Shown here one piece after another: positions 1 through 8,727 of a stretch of 32,000 nucleotides of DNA. The notes below the pieces were generated by a model. It was not told where the DNA came from. It did not search any database and was given only the letters and a program-made list of their open reading frames with translations. This DNA is from Methanococcus maripaludis (GTDB lineage Archaea; AGJL01; Methanococci; Methanococcales; Methanococcaceae), in contig NZ_CP026606.1 of the NCBI RefSeq assembly GCF_002945325.1, positions 540,001-572,000 of the forward strand, written 5' to 3'. Within the stretch, counting starts at the first letter, position 1. Each line of letters starts with the position of its first letter. The position numbers and the translations under genes were made by a program.

Positions 1-2
1 GC

Positions 3-380
3 GTTTGTAAATTACTGGACACTAAAACTGAAAACTTCCAAATCTGCGTTATTCCAGAGTGGTTAAATGAAGATATTTTCGGACATATCGTCGATAACAA
101 TTTAAAAGATGATGACAGACTTTTTAAGTTTAAAAACCGGACATACGCGTGGGAACTCGTTAAAAAGTATACTAAAGATGCTAAAATCCATAAAGAATTT
201 TCAACACACACATTTAGAAGAAGTAGGGCCCTACACCTGTTAAATGACGGAGTTCCGCTTGAAAAAGTGAGTAAATATTTACGACACAAGTCAATAAACA
301 CCACTATGCACTATCTGAAAATTACCGTTGACGACATTAAAAAGGAACTTGTAAAAATTGGAGACTGGTACGACCTTTAA
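3..380 (+). CDS. Tyrosine recombinase/integrase, C-terminal part (5' truncated by window edge)
   Basis: Open frame from base 3 to TAA at 378-380. Translation ends HTFRRSRALHLLNDGVPLEKVSKYLRHKSINTTMHYLKITVDDIKKELVKIGDWYDL, with the HxxR, RH and catalytic Tyr motifs of phage integrases. Confidence 0.85.
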   Translation, partial: VCKLLDTKTENFQICVIPEWLNEDIFGHIVDNNLKDDDRLFKFKNRTYAWELVKKYTKDAKIHKEFSTHTFRRSRALHLLNDGVPLEKVSKYLRHKSINTTMHYLKITVDDIKKELVKIGDWYDL

Positions 381-483
381 CCAGATTTTAAATGTTTTTC
401 GGACAAGTTTATAAATTAAATAAGTATTTTTACCATAAAGTTTAAACTTAGTATAATTTCAAATAGATGTTGTGAGTAAAACT

Positions 484-1230
484 ATGAAAAAGATATGTTT
501 TGTAATGACAATCGTACTGATTTTAGCAATTTCGGCATGTATTTCACTCCCGTCTGAAAAAATGACTATTGAAAATGGAACATTAACTGTAGGAGTATTC
601 AAACATGCTCCCCCTGCCGTTTATGAGCAGAATGGAGAACTGATAGGATTTGAAGTTGATTTAATTTCAGAAATTGCAAAAAGAATGAATTTAAATGTTA
701 AATTTAAAGAATACATGTTTTCTAACCTTTTAAATGCTGTAGCAAATAATGAAATCGATTGTGCAATATCGGACATTTCAATATCTCCTGAAAGGGAAAA
801 AATAGTGAGTTTTACAAGGGCCTATTCGCATACCGAACTGGTAGTACTGGTTAGAAAAGAAAGTGGCATCCAAACAATCACTGATTTAAATGGTAAAAAA
901 ATTGGTGTTGTTGATTAGACAATACACGAAACTAAGGCAAAAAGTCTTCAAAAAAGTATGGATTTTGAAATAGTTGAATATGATACCCCGATAGAACTGT
1001 ATAACGATTTAAATAACGGAAAAATTGATGCAACCATATCTGAAATGGATAATTTTAAAGTTTCAAGTTATATGAATCAGTTAGACCTAATTGATACTTT
1101 AGAAATTCTTTATTCAGGAATTGCAGTAAATAAAGACAATAAAGAATTATTGCATGAAATGGACAGAATATTACTCGAACTGGAAACAGAAGGATACATT
1201 GAAGAATTAAAACAGGAATGGTCAAATTAA
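484..1230 (+). pseudogene. Polar amino-acid-type periplasmic substrate-binding lipoprotein, interrupted by an in-frame TAG at 916-918
   Basis: ORFs 472..918 and 958..1230 are in the same frame. Together they read as one SBP (signal/lipobox LAISAC; 'LTVGVFKHAPPAVYEQNGELIGFEVDLISEIAKRMN'; 'LNGKKIGVVD*TIHETKAKSL...'). ATG at 484 is the likelier start. Confidence 0.75.
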
Positions 1231-1345
1231 TAATGTATTTTAAATACTTTTTTAAATAATACTAGTTACTGGTTAATAAGAATAAAACTCTACTTTTTTA
1301 CCGATAAAACAAAATTTAAACGGATAAATTTAAAGATGATAACAA

Positions 1346-1867
1346 ATGTCTGAAAAATACAAAACATACCATACTTCAAAATATTTATCAAAGGAAGACG
1401 TGGAAAAGTTAATAAAAGACGGTGTTGACGAAGTTACAATGCCAAAATCAATATATGAATACATGGAAAAGAAAAACAAAGGCGCATTAAATCGTCTTTT
1501 GATTTTTGGGGTCGATGTATCAATTACAGATCAGGTTGGACGGCCGAAAAAAGTTGAAGGAGATATAAAGAAAAAAATCATTGAAGAAATTATCAATGGA
1601 AAAAGCATTCGAAAAGTTGCTGAAGAATACGACCTGAAGAAATCAACCATCTGGGACAATATCAAAGACGATATGGCAAAAATCAAACAGGAAAAATTTA
1701 GAAAAATGATTTACGATTATAAAGAGCTTTTAATCGAAAAAGAAAGATATACTGAGTATATAGAAACACTTTTCTGTGAACTTGACATGAATATTTCAAA
1801 CGACAATTTAAAAGAAGCCGAAAAAATACTCCTAAAAATTATAGAATATTCTAAAAGAAAAGATTAA
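1346..1867 (+). CDS. Helix-turn-helix (resolvase-type HTH) protein of unknown function
   Basis: ORF of 173 aa; 'GRPKKVEGDIKKKIIEEIINGKSIRKVAEEYDLKKSTIWDNIKDD' resembles an HTH of the recombinase/transposase type, followed by a charged coiled-coil-like tail. Confidence 0.55.
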   Translation: MSEKYKTYHTSKYLSKEDVEKLIKDGVDEVTMPKSIYEYMEKKNKGALNRLLIFGVDVSITDQVGRPKKVEGDIKKKIIEEIINGKSIRKVAEEYDLKKSTIWDNIKDDMAKIKQEKFRKMIYDYKELLIEKERYTEYIETLFCELDMNISNDNLKEAEKILLKIIEYSKRKD

Positions 1868-1994
1868 TTTTTTTAATAAACTACATCGGCTATTTTTTTA
1901 AATATTTTAAATTATCCTATATAATTAACTCATCAAAACAGTATTAATAAGTAAATATCCATAATATAATACATCAGATGCGGAGGGGAAATTT

Positions 1995-3008
1995 TTGCAA
2001 TCTTTTAAAATAGCGCGTGTAATGGGAATCCCCATTGAACTCCATATTACGTTTATATTACTGTTAATCGTTGTTTTTTACTTTTGGGGCATTGAAGGGC
2101 TAATTTTATACATGTTCTTATTTACATCCGTAGTTTTGCACGAACTGGGGCACTCATATGTTGCAAAAAAATACGGGGTAAAAATAGAAAAAATACTGCT
2201 TTTGCCAATTGGCGGAATGGCCATGATGAGCGAAATCTCAAAAGAAGGGGAGTTTAAAATCGCAATTGCAGGCCCACTGGTAAGTTTAGCACTTGGAACA
2301 GTACTGCTTGGAATTTCAACAGTAACCGATTATACCTTGGCAGAATATCCACTTTTTCAAACAGTTGGTGGATTGAATATACTTCTTGGGATTTTTAATC
2401 TGCTTCCAGCATTTCCAATGGATGGAGGACGAGTATTTAGAGCACTGCTTTCAAAATTAACCAGCATGAGTTATATAAAAGCAACAAAACTTGCATCAAC
2501 CGTTGGACAGTATTTTGCACTAGCTTTGTTAATTTTTGGATTAATAAACTTCAATGTAATTTTGGTTTTAATTGCAATATTTATCTACTTTGGAGCATCT
2601 CAAGAATACAGGGCACTTGTTGCAGATACACTATTTCAAGATGTGCCCGCAAAAGATATTATGTCTAAAAATATAGTTTACGTAAATTCAGAAGATACTG
2701 TCGATGATGTACTAAATTTAATGCTTGAAAACAGGTTTTTAGGCTATCCTGTGCTTGAAAATGGAAATATCATTGGAACCATTACTATGAATGAAATATC
2801 ATCTACAACTGCAAAAACAGCTAAAGTAAAAGAGATAATGTCGCCACCTGTGATGGTATCACCAGAGGCTGCATTAAATGAATTAATTAAAGGTATGGCA
2901 AATACTGACAGGGTTTACGTAGTTGATAATGGAAATATCCTTGGAATAATTTCTAAAACAGATATTGTAAGAACTTTAAGTATTTTAGGACTAAAAAATA
3001 ACCGATAA
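1995..3008 (+). CDS. Site-2 protease family (M50) zinc metalloprotease with C-terminal CBS domain pair
   Basis: TTG start after GGAGGGGAA. HELGH motif (VLHELGHSYVAKKYG), 'NLLPAFPMDGGRV', multiple TM segments, then two CBS repeats ('MSKNIVYVNSEDTVDDVLNLMLENRFLGYPV...'). Confidence 0.9.
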   Translation: MQSFKIARVMGIPIELHITFILLLIVVFYFWGIEGLILYMFLFTSVVLHELGHSYVAKKYGVKIEKILLLPIGGMAMMSEISKEGEFKIAIAGPLVSLALGTVLLGISTVTDYTLAEYPLFQTVGGLNILLGIFNLLPAFPMDGGRVFRALLSKLTSMSYIKATKLASTVGQYFALALLIFGLINFNVILVLIAIFIYFGASQEYRALVADTLFQDVPAKDIMSKNIVYVNSEDTVDDVLNLMLENRFLGYPVLENGNIIGTITMNEISSTTAKTAKVKEIMSPPVMVSPEAALNELIKGMANTDRVYVVDNGNILGIISKTDIVRTLSILGLKNNR

Positions 3009-3050
3009 CAGATTTAAAAATATTACCTTAGAGGGGGAAGGTGATTTTTT

Positions 3051-3323
3051 ATGAAATCTGACGAACAGATGTTAAGAGATCTACAAAAAATAACTATTTC
3101 GTTTGGAGTAATGTTTATAGTAATAACAGCATATCTTGAATTAACAAAAAATTGGGATTCTATGCTATTAATACTCCCAACGTCTGGATTTTTATTAATA
3201 ATTGCAGGATTACATAAACAAATCCATGAAAACGATGACTTTAGATCATACTTCTTATTAGGAATAACTCTATTGATAATCGCAGTTGCAGTTTTATTTA
3301 TTTTACTTTTATATTTTGCCTAA
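3051..3323 (+). CDS. Small membrane protein, unknown function
   Basis: 90-aa ORF preceded by GAGGGGGAAGGTGA, two to three hydrophobic segments. Confidence 0.6.
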   Translation: MKSDEQMLRDLQKITISFGVMFIVITAYLELTKNWDSMLLILPTSGFLLIIAGLHKQIHENDDFRSYFLLGITLLIIAVAVLFILLLYFA

Positions 3324-3501
3324 ATATCGCTAATTCCTTTTTTAAAATTTTTAAAACACAAATATATTTTATTACTGTATTTTAGACAGCATTTTTGAGA
3401 ATACTTGTAAAAATAGAATTTCTTAATATCGCACATATGGGGATAAGTATTTATAGAATTCTACCACACATTCTTACAGAAATAAAAAGAGGTAGATTTT
3501 A

Positions 3502-3861
3502 ATGAAACTCTGCATTACAAGTACCGGAAATACGTTAGAAAGCACTTTCGAACAAAGATTTGGTAGATGCCCTTATTTTATAATTTATGATACAGATTCA
3601 AAAGAATTCGACGCGATTGAAAATACAAATGGCGATTCGGCACATGGTGCAGGTATTGGCTCTGCACAAGAAGTAGTTTCAAAAAATATTAATGTATTAA
3701 TCAGCGGAAGTATTGGACCAAACGCAAAACAGGTGTTGGATGGCGAAAATATTAAAGTTTACAAAGGAACTGGATCAACGGTTCTTGAAAACATTGAATT
3801 ATTCGAAAAAAATGAATTAAGTGAAATAACACAAGCTGGAAAGCCACATCAAGGTATGTAA
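3502..3861 (+). CDS. NifX/NifB-type dinitrogenase iron-molybdenum cofactor-binding family protein
   Basis: 'MKLCITSTGNTLESTFEQRFGRCPYFIIYDTDS...' and 'HGAGIGSAQEVVSKNINVLISGSIGPNAKQVLDG' typical of the DiNase cofactor fold; RBS GAGGTAG upstream. Confidence 0.85.
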   Translation: MKLCITSTGNTLESTFEQRFGRCPYFIIYDTDSKEFDAIENTNGDSAHGAGIGSAQEVVSKNINVLISGSIGPNAKQVLDGENIKVYKGTGSTVLENIELFEKNELSEITQAGKPHQGM

Positions 3862-3870
3862 GGAAAAATT

Positions 3871-4728
3871 ATGAATATTTCAATATTGAGTGGAAAAGGC
3901 GGAACTGGAAAGACCACAATATCTACAAATTTAAGCATTTTTCTCTCAGAAAATCATAAAAATGTTAGTTATTTTGATTTTGACGTGGAAGAGCCAAACG
4001 GGTTTATTTTTTTAAAACCGGGCATTGAAACTGAAAAGAAAGTCTTTAAAAAAGTTCCAAAAATCGATAAAGAATTATGTACAAACTGTGGAGAATGCAG
4101 TAAATTATGTAAATTTAACGCTATTTCAATAACTCCAAACAATTCAACAGTTTTTGAAAAATTATGCCACGACTGCGGGCTCTGCTACATTGCATGCCCT
4201 GTTCAAGCCATTTCAGAAATTTTACGGGAAATTGGAAAAATAGAATCCGGAAAATCTAAAGATATTCCGAATTTAAACGCGTTTCGGGGAGTTTTAAATA
4301 TTGGTGAACCCTCAGGAGTTCCAGTCATATCTGCCTTGAAAAAATTTTTGGATGTTAATTCAATAAATATACTCGATGCGCCTCCTGGAAGTTCATGTAG
4401 TGTAATAAACACTGTTGAAGATAGCGACTATTCAATTCTTGTCACAGAACCAACCAAATTTGGGCTTCACGACTTAAAAATTGCAGTTGAAGTTTTGAGA
4501 TACCTAAATATTCCATTTGGTGTTTTGATCAATAAATCAGATGAGTTTGACTTTATCATTGAAAATTACTGTGAAAATGAGAAAATCGATATTTTGGGAA
4601 AAATTCCATTTTCAAGAAATATTGCAAATAAATATTCAAAAGGGGACATCTTGATCAACTCGGATGTCGAATTTACAAAACATTTGCGAGATATTGCCTC
4701 TGAACTTGAAAAGAGGTTGATATTATGA
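3871..4728 (+). CDS. MinD-family P-loop ATPase with inserted 2x[4Fe-4S] ferredoxin domain
   Basis: Deviant Walker A GKGGTGKTT; CTNCGECSKLCKFNAI and CHDCGLCYIACPVQAI cluster motifs; overlaps next gene by ATGA. Confidence 0.9.
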   Translation: MNISILSGKGGTGKTTISTNLSIFLSENHKNVSYFDFDVEEPNGFIFLKPGIETEKKVFKKVPKIDKELCTNCGECSKLCKFNAISITPNNSTVFEKLCHDCGLCYIACPVQAISEILREIGKIESGKSKDIPNLNAFRGVLNIGEPSGVPVISALKKFLDVNSINILDAPPGSSCSVINTVEDSDYSILVTEPTKFGLHDLKIAVEVLRYLNIPFGVLINKSDEFDFIIENYCENEKIDILGKIPFSRNIANKYSKGDILINSDVEFTKHLRDIASELEKRLIL

Positions 4729-5570
4729 AACAGATCGTCATAATAAGCGGAAAAGGCGGAACTGGAAAAACTACCATTTCATCTTCATTTTCAGAATTGA
4801 TGAATAAAAGAAATATCGCAGACTGCGACGTTGAAGCTCCAAATTTACATTTAATGTTTGAAAATGAAATAATCAATACTAAAGAGTATATTGGATCCCA
4901 GACTGCAATCATTGATACTGAAAAATGTATTAAGTGTGAAAAATGCTTAGAATGTAGATTTGATGCAATAACACCTGAAATAAAAGTAAATCCGTTAAAA
5001 TGCGAAGGATGTGGGTTATGTGAGTACGTTTGTCCTGCTGATGCTGTAAAAATGGTTGATAATATTACAGGGCATGTTTATTCTTGCAAAATCAAAGATG
5101 GGTATTTATCTTACGCAAAGCTAAATATTGGGGCAGAAGGTGCAGGAAAAGTTGTAACAGAAGTTAGGAAAAATTCCCTTGAAAATCAGGGTTTTGAAAA
5201 TTTATTAATTGATGGATCTCCAGGAATAGGATGCGTTGTAATTGCATCGCTTACAGGTTGTGATTACGCAGTAGTTGTAACTGAACCAACTACATCAGGT
5301 CTTGATGATTTGAGCCGTGTTTTAGAACTTACCCAATTTTTTGATATTCAAAGCTATATAATAATCAATAAATACGACATTAACGAAGAAAAAACTTCCG
5401 AAATAATCGATTACTGTAAAAAATCAGGCTTTGAAATATTGGGAAAAGTTCCATTTGATAATACAGTAAATAAAGCAATTCAAAACGAATGTCCCATTGT
5501 AAATTACGACTGCCCTGCAGGTAATGAAATTAAAAGAATTTGGGATGATTTTTACGACAAACTCAAATAA
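4725..5570 (+). CDS. MinD-family P-loop ATPase with inserted ferredoxin domain (second copy)
   Basis: GKGGTGKTT; CIKCEKCLECRFDAI and CEGCGLCEYVCPADAV; translationally coupled to the upstream gene. Confidence 0.9.
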   Translation: MKQIVIISGKGGTGKTTISSSFSELMNKRNIADCDVEAPNLHLMFENEIINTKEYIGSQTAIIDTEKCIKCEKCLECRFDAITPEIKVNPLKCEGCGLCEYVCPADAVKMVDNITGHVYSCKIKDGYLSYAKLNIGAEGAGKVVTEVRKNSLENQGFENLLIDGSPGIGCVVIASLTGCDYAVVVTEPTTSGLDDLSRVLELTQFFDIQSYIIINKYDINEEKTSEIIDYCKKSGFEILGKVPFDNTVNKAIQNECPIVNYDCPAGNEIKRIWDDFYDKLK

Positions 5571-5726
5571 TTACTTTTTTTAACTTTTATCTAACCGATA
5601 TTAATCTAAAAAACCTGTAATTTTAAAAAAGGTAGTATTATATAGTTGTTTTTCAATATAATGAAATATGCACATATGTGCGAAAATAATTATTATAAAC
5701 ATATGTTATGAAATGGGGTGAACCAC

Positions 5727-6011
5727 ATGGATTATAGACTACACAGAAACTGCATCTGCAGAAAATTATTAGGTACAACTGAATACGTAGGACTTGGAAT
5801 TAGAAGGTTCTTTAGAATAGGATTAACTAACGAAGAAATCAAAAATATCATTAAAAGAGAAACAGGTAATGATATATCTGATGAAGAAGTAACTAATTTA
5901 TCAAAAGGAATCTCTGAAGAAGATGTTATCGATGCTCGCGGAAGAAGAAACTTTTATGGTGCGGGCCGAGGTGGCAGAATGGGAAGGGGAATGGGAAGAG
6001 GGAGATTTTAA
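5727..6011 (+). CDS. Small basic protein with N-terminal Cys motif and Gly/Arg-rich C-terminus, unknown function
   Basis: ORF 5718..6011; ATG at 5727 fits the GGTGA ribosome-binding site at 5716-5720. Sequence MDYRLHRNCICRKLLGTTEYVGLG...GAGRGGRMGRGMGRGRF. Confidence 0.6.
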   Translation: MDYRLHRNCICRKLLGTTEYVGLGIRRFFRIGLTNEEIKNIIKRETGNDISDEEVTNLSKGISEEDVIDARGRRNFYGAGRGGRMGRGMGRGRF

Positions 6012-6044
6012 TTATTTAACTTAATAAAAAAATAAGGCGATAAT

Positions 6045-6404
6045 TTGAAAATAGCAATCCCAATACTTGATGAAAAAACAGTTTGTTCACACTTTGGAAA
6101 AACTCCATTTTTTATGATTTTTGAAGTAAACGAAAATAATGAAATAATTGGCTCAAAAAAAGTTGGAAACTCCCCATGCCACGGGGCTGCTCACGAAACT
6201 GAACAAGGTCACGGAGGACAGGGTCCTGGAAGTACAGTTCAAACACTTCTTTCCGAAGGCGTAAATGCAGTAGTTTTCGTAAACATGGGTCAAAGAAGCG
6301 TAAATGCACTTGGAAGCGTTGTTGAACTATATCAAACGTCTTTAGAAGATGTAGATGCAGTATTAAAAGAAGTTTTAAGCGGAAATTTAACAAAATTAAA
6401 CTAA
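6045..6404 (+). CDS. NifX/NifB-type dinitrogenase cofactor-binding family protein
   Basis: TTG start; 'MKIAIPILDEKTVCSHFGKTPFFMIFEV...CHGAAHETEQGHGGQGPGSTVQTLLSEGVNAVVFVNMGQRSVNAL'. Confidence 0.85.
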   Translation: MKIAIPILDEKTVCSHFGKTPFFMIFEVNENNEIIGSKKVGNSPCHGAAHETEQGHGGQGPGSTVQTLLSEGVNAVVFVNMGQRSVNALGSVVELYQTSLEDVDAVLKEVLSGNLTKLN

Positions 6405-6614
6405 TTTTAAAGTATTCTTTTTTTTAAATTTTTTAAATAAATACGATATATAAATTAAATTTTAAAAGATGATGATTTATCCAATTTTACACAATCAACA
6501 ATCCTGCCCGCATAGTTGTAAAATATATTTAAATATATGAATAATGAGAGATATGCACTACAGAAATTTAAAAGAAAAAAGATTTTTTTAGATAATAAAA
6601 ATCCGAGTGATAAC

Positions 6615-6938
6615 TTGAAAATAGCGGTACCCGTATTTGAAAACAAAATCTGTGAACATTTTGGAAAAACTGCACTATTCTTAATTTTTGAACTTGACGA
6701 AAATTATGAAGTAATAAACATTTCAAGGGTTCAAAACACCCCTTGTGACGGCAACGGTGGAGGATCACCTATTGAAAATTTACTTCTTGAAAACCCTGAT
6801 ATAATAATATACAACACGATGGGTGAAAAAAGAATTGAAACCTTAAAAGACAGAGTAAAACTATACCAAACTAAAACTCAGGATATTAAATCAGCATTGA
6901 AAGAATTCCTAGATGAAATTTTAATCATAAATAAATAA
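6615..6938 (+). CDS. NifX/NifB-type dinitrogenase cofactor-binding family protein (paralogue of 6045..6404)
   Basis: ORF 6537..6938; an internal TTG at 6615 aligns with the 6045 start (TTGAAAATAGC in both). 'LKIAVPVFENKICEHFGKTALFLIFELDEN...'. Confidence 0.75.
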   Translation: MKIAVPVFENKICEHFGKTALFLIFELDENYEVINISRVQNTPCDGNGGGSPIENLLLENPDIIIYNTMGEKRIETLKDRVKLYQTKTQDIKSALKEFLDEILIINK

Positions 6939-7144
6939 AATTTTATTTTTAAAAGTCGTCATATTGACGATTAATTTAAGTTTAATCCGAATTATGCTTT
7001 TTTGACGAATAGTAAACTATAATTATAGCTTTTTAAAAATTATATCATACGGGTTAAATTACAATCTAAATGGTGAAATAATATCTATTTTATCGAGACT
7101 AATAAATAATAATTAGTGCCGTTAATGTAGAAATGGGGGGGACA

Positions 7145-7381
7145 ATGGAACTAATTAACGTAATATGCCATTGGGCAATGTATGAAGACACGATAGACCT
7201 TAAAAAACCACCAAACTGGATTTTGGAGTATTTCAACCACAAATATCCTGAAGAAAGTTTGGAATTTTCAATGGATTTTCTTTGTATTCTTGGAAAATTT
7301 CAAAAATATCCTGAAACAAAAGTATATGTTCCAATAAAAAATGTCGGTAAAATCGCAGATGTTTTCGGGCTTTTAGATTAA
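7145..7381 (+). CDS. Small conserved-looking hypothetical protein
   Basis: ATG at 7145 preceded by GGGGGGG; 78 aa, MELINVICHWAMYEDTIDLKKPPNWILEYF... Confidence 0.55.
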   Translation: MELINVICHWAMYEDTIDLKKPPNWILEYFNHKYPEESLEFSMDFLCILGKFQKYPETKVYVPIKNVGKIADVFGLLD

Positions 7382-7475
7382 TTAAAAGTATAATTTCACT
7401 AAAATGATTTAAATTAAAAGTAATATTAAAAAAGAATTAAATAACGTTAGAAGAGTTTTAAGTTAGTAAAAGAAA

Positions 7476-7679
7476 TTATTCTTCGCTTTCTGTTTTTTCA
7501 TTCTTTTTGTATTCCATGTATCCACATTTTCCACATGAGAATCTGTTTAAGTGTTCAGCCATGAATACGCCTGCACCACATTTTGGGCATGCTTTTTTCA
7601 ATCTTTCTACAGCGTTTCCTTCAACTTTGTAGTAATCTGATTTTTTTGTTGATGTTTTTGCACCTTTTTTAGCTGCCAT
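7476..7679 (-). CDS. rps27ae: Ribosomal protein S27ae (eS31)
   Basis: Short basic protein with [24 protein letters not shown] zinc finger; next to S24e. Confidence 0.9.
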   Translation of the reverse strand: MAAKKGAKTSTKKSDYYKVEGNAVERLKKACPKCGAGVFMAEHLNRFSCGKCGYMEYKKNEKTESEE

Positions 7680-7680
7680 A

Positions 7681-7995
7681 TTATTCCTCCGCTACTTCAG
7701 CTTCTGCTTCTTCTTCAATTTTGTTTTTTTCTAAAACGGATTTTGTTTCGATTGTTGCCATTGCTTTTTCATCGTTGTAGATTTTTGCGTAACCTTCTGC
7801 TTCCAATTTACCAAAAATCTGATCTAATGTGTCAACTACGAGAACTTGTTTGTTTGCGTTTAAAACTGCAACAAGTTTCATTTTTACATCTTTGATTGAA
7901 GGGGTAGCTGCATCAAATGATACTGTGAATTTTATTTCCCTTCTGTGTAATAATGGGTTATTTCTGTCTGAGATAATGCTTATATCCATATCCAT
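7681..7995 (-). CDS. rps24e: Ribosomal protein S24e
   Basis: '[31 protein letters not shown]...[20 protein letters not shown]'. Confidence 0.9.
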   Translation of the reverse strand: MDMDISIISDRNNPLLHRREIKFTVSFDAATPSIKDVKMKLVAVLNANKQVLVVDTLDQIFGKLEAEGYAKIYNDEKAMATIETKSVLEKNKIEEEAEAEVAEE

Positions 7996-8472
7996 TCACC
8001 TTTCTTCCATTTCTTTTAGAAGTTTTTCAATTTTCTGTTTCAGTTCGTCTGTGATTTTTAACAGTACCATGCCTTCATCAGGCTGTCCGTAAATGACTGA
8101 GGTATCCTCGGGGAAGTACTTGATTACAGGTATTGTAAGTAAGTCTTCTTCACCCTTAATGATTAAAGCCATATCTCTATCATGTATGGTGGAAAGGTAT
8201 TTAATCCTTTCTATGGCTTCATCAGAAATGCACCCTTGAGGATTTTCAACCTCAAAAATTGTTTTAAATTTGTGAGGGATGTCAACAGGAATATTTCTTT
8301 TAGTTTTAAAGTCCAAAATTGATAAGTCTGGTATTATACCATTCGATAAAAGGTGTTTTGTGGTAACATCACCTATAGAAACGACCTTTCCTTCTATACT
8401 GGGAAGTTCCTTATATACTTTTCCGAAAGGTTTTTTCAATTCGTGAGCTACTTTGTCGGTTAATAAATACAT
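7996..8472 (-). CDS. DUF359 family protein (GTP-dependent dephospho-CoA kinase)
   Basis: '[58 protein letters not shown]'; syntenic with spt4/rps24e. Confidence 0.85.
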   Translation of the reverse strand: MYLLTDKVAHELKKPFGKVYKELPSIEGKVVSIGDVTTKHLLSNGIIPDLSILDFKTKRNIPVDIPHKFKTIFEVENPQGCISDEAIERIKYLSTIHDRDMALIIKGEEDLLTIPVIKYFPEDTSVIYGQPDEGMVLLKITDELKQKIEKLLKEMEER

Positions 8473-8503
8473 AAAAGGTCACTATAACAAAAATAAAATT
8501 AAG

Positions 8504-8680
8504 TTATTTAACGCTCAGCGCATATTTTCCTTTTATATCAATTCCTGCTTTTTTTGCTACTTCGGAGTTGTGAGGATCGAGTACGATTAATAAACCTCTA
8601 ACGTTATCTGAAGTATCAAATCCACAAATCGGGCAGGTATCTTCTTTTGTGATGTATTTGCATCTTAAACATGCATTCAT
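8504..8680 (-). CDS. spt4: Transcription elongation factor Spt4 / RNA polymerase subunit E''
   Basis: Not in the supplied ORF track. My translation of the reverse strand: MNACLKCKYITKEDTCPICGFDTSDNVRGLLIVLDPHNSEVAKKAGIDIKGKYALSVK*; two CxxC zinc ribbon motifs; conserved position between rpoE' and DUF359. Confidence 0.88.
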   Translation of the reverse strand: MNACLRCKYITKEDTCPICGFDTSDNVRGLLIVLDPHNSEVAKKAGIDIKGKYALSVK

Positions 8681-8727
8681 TTAAATTCACCTCAAATTAA
8701 AATTAAATAGAAATAATGGTGAAAAAA

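Noticed and set aside
916-918. TAG as a pyrrolysine codon
   Set aside because: The gene context is a generic transporter SBP, not a methylamine methyltransferase, and Methanococcus is not known to encode the Pyl system. A nonsense mutation is more parsimonious.
4203-4912. Minus-strand ORFs 4203..4412 and 4673..4912
   Set aside because: Fully antisense to well-supported MinD/ferredoxin genes; no recognisable domain.
6112-6768. ORFs 6112..6393(-), 6455..6646(-), 6568..6768(-)
   Set aside because: Overlap the two DiNase genes or AT-rich intergenic DNA; biased composition and no RBS.
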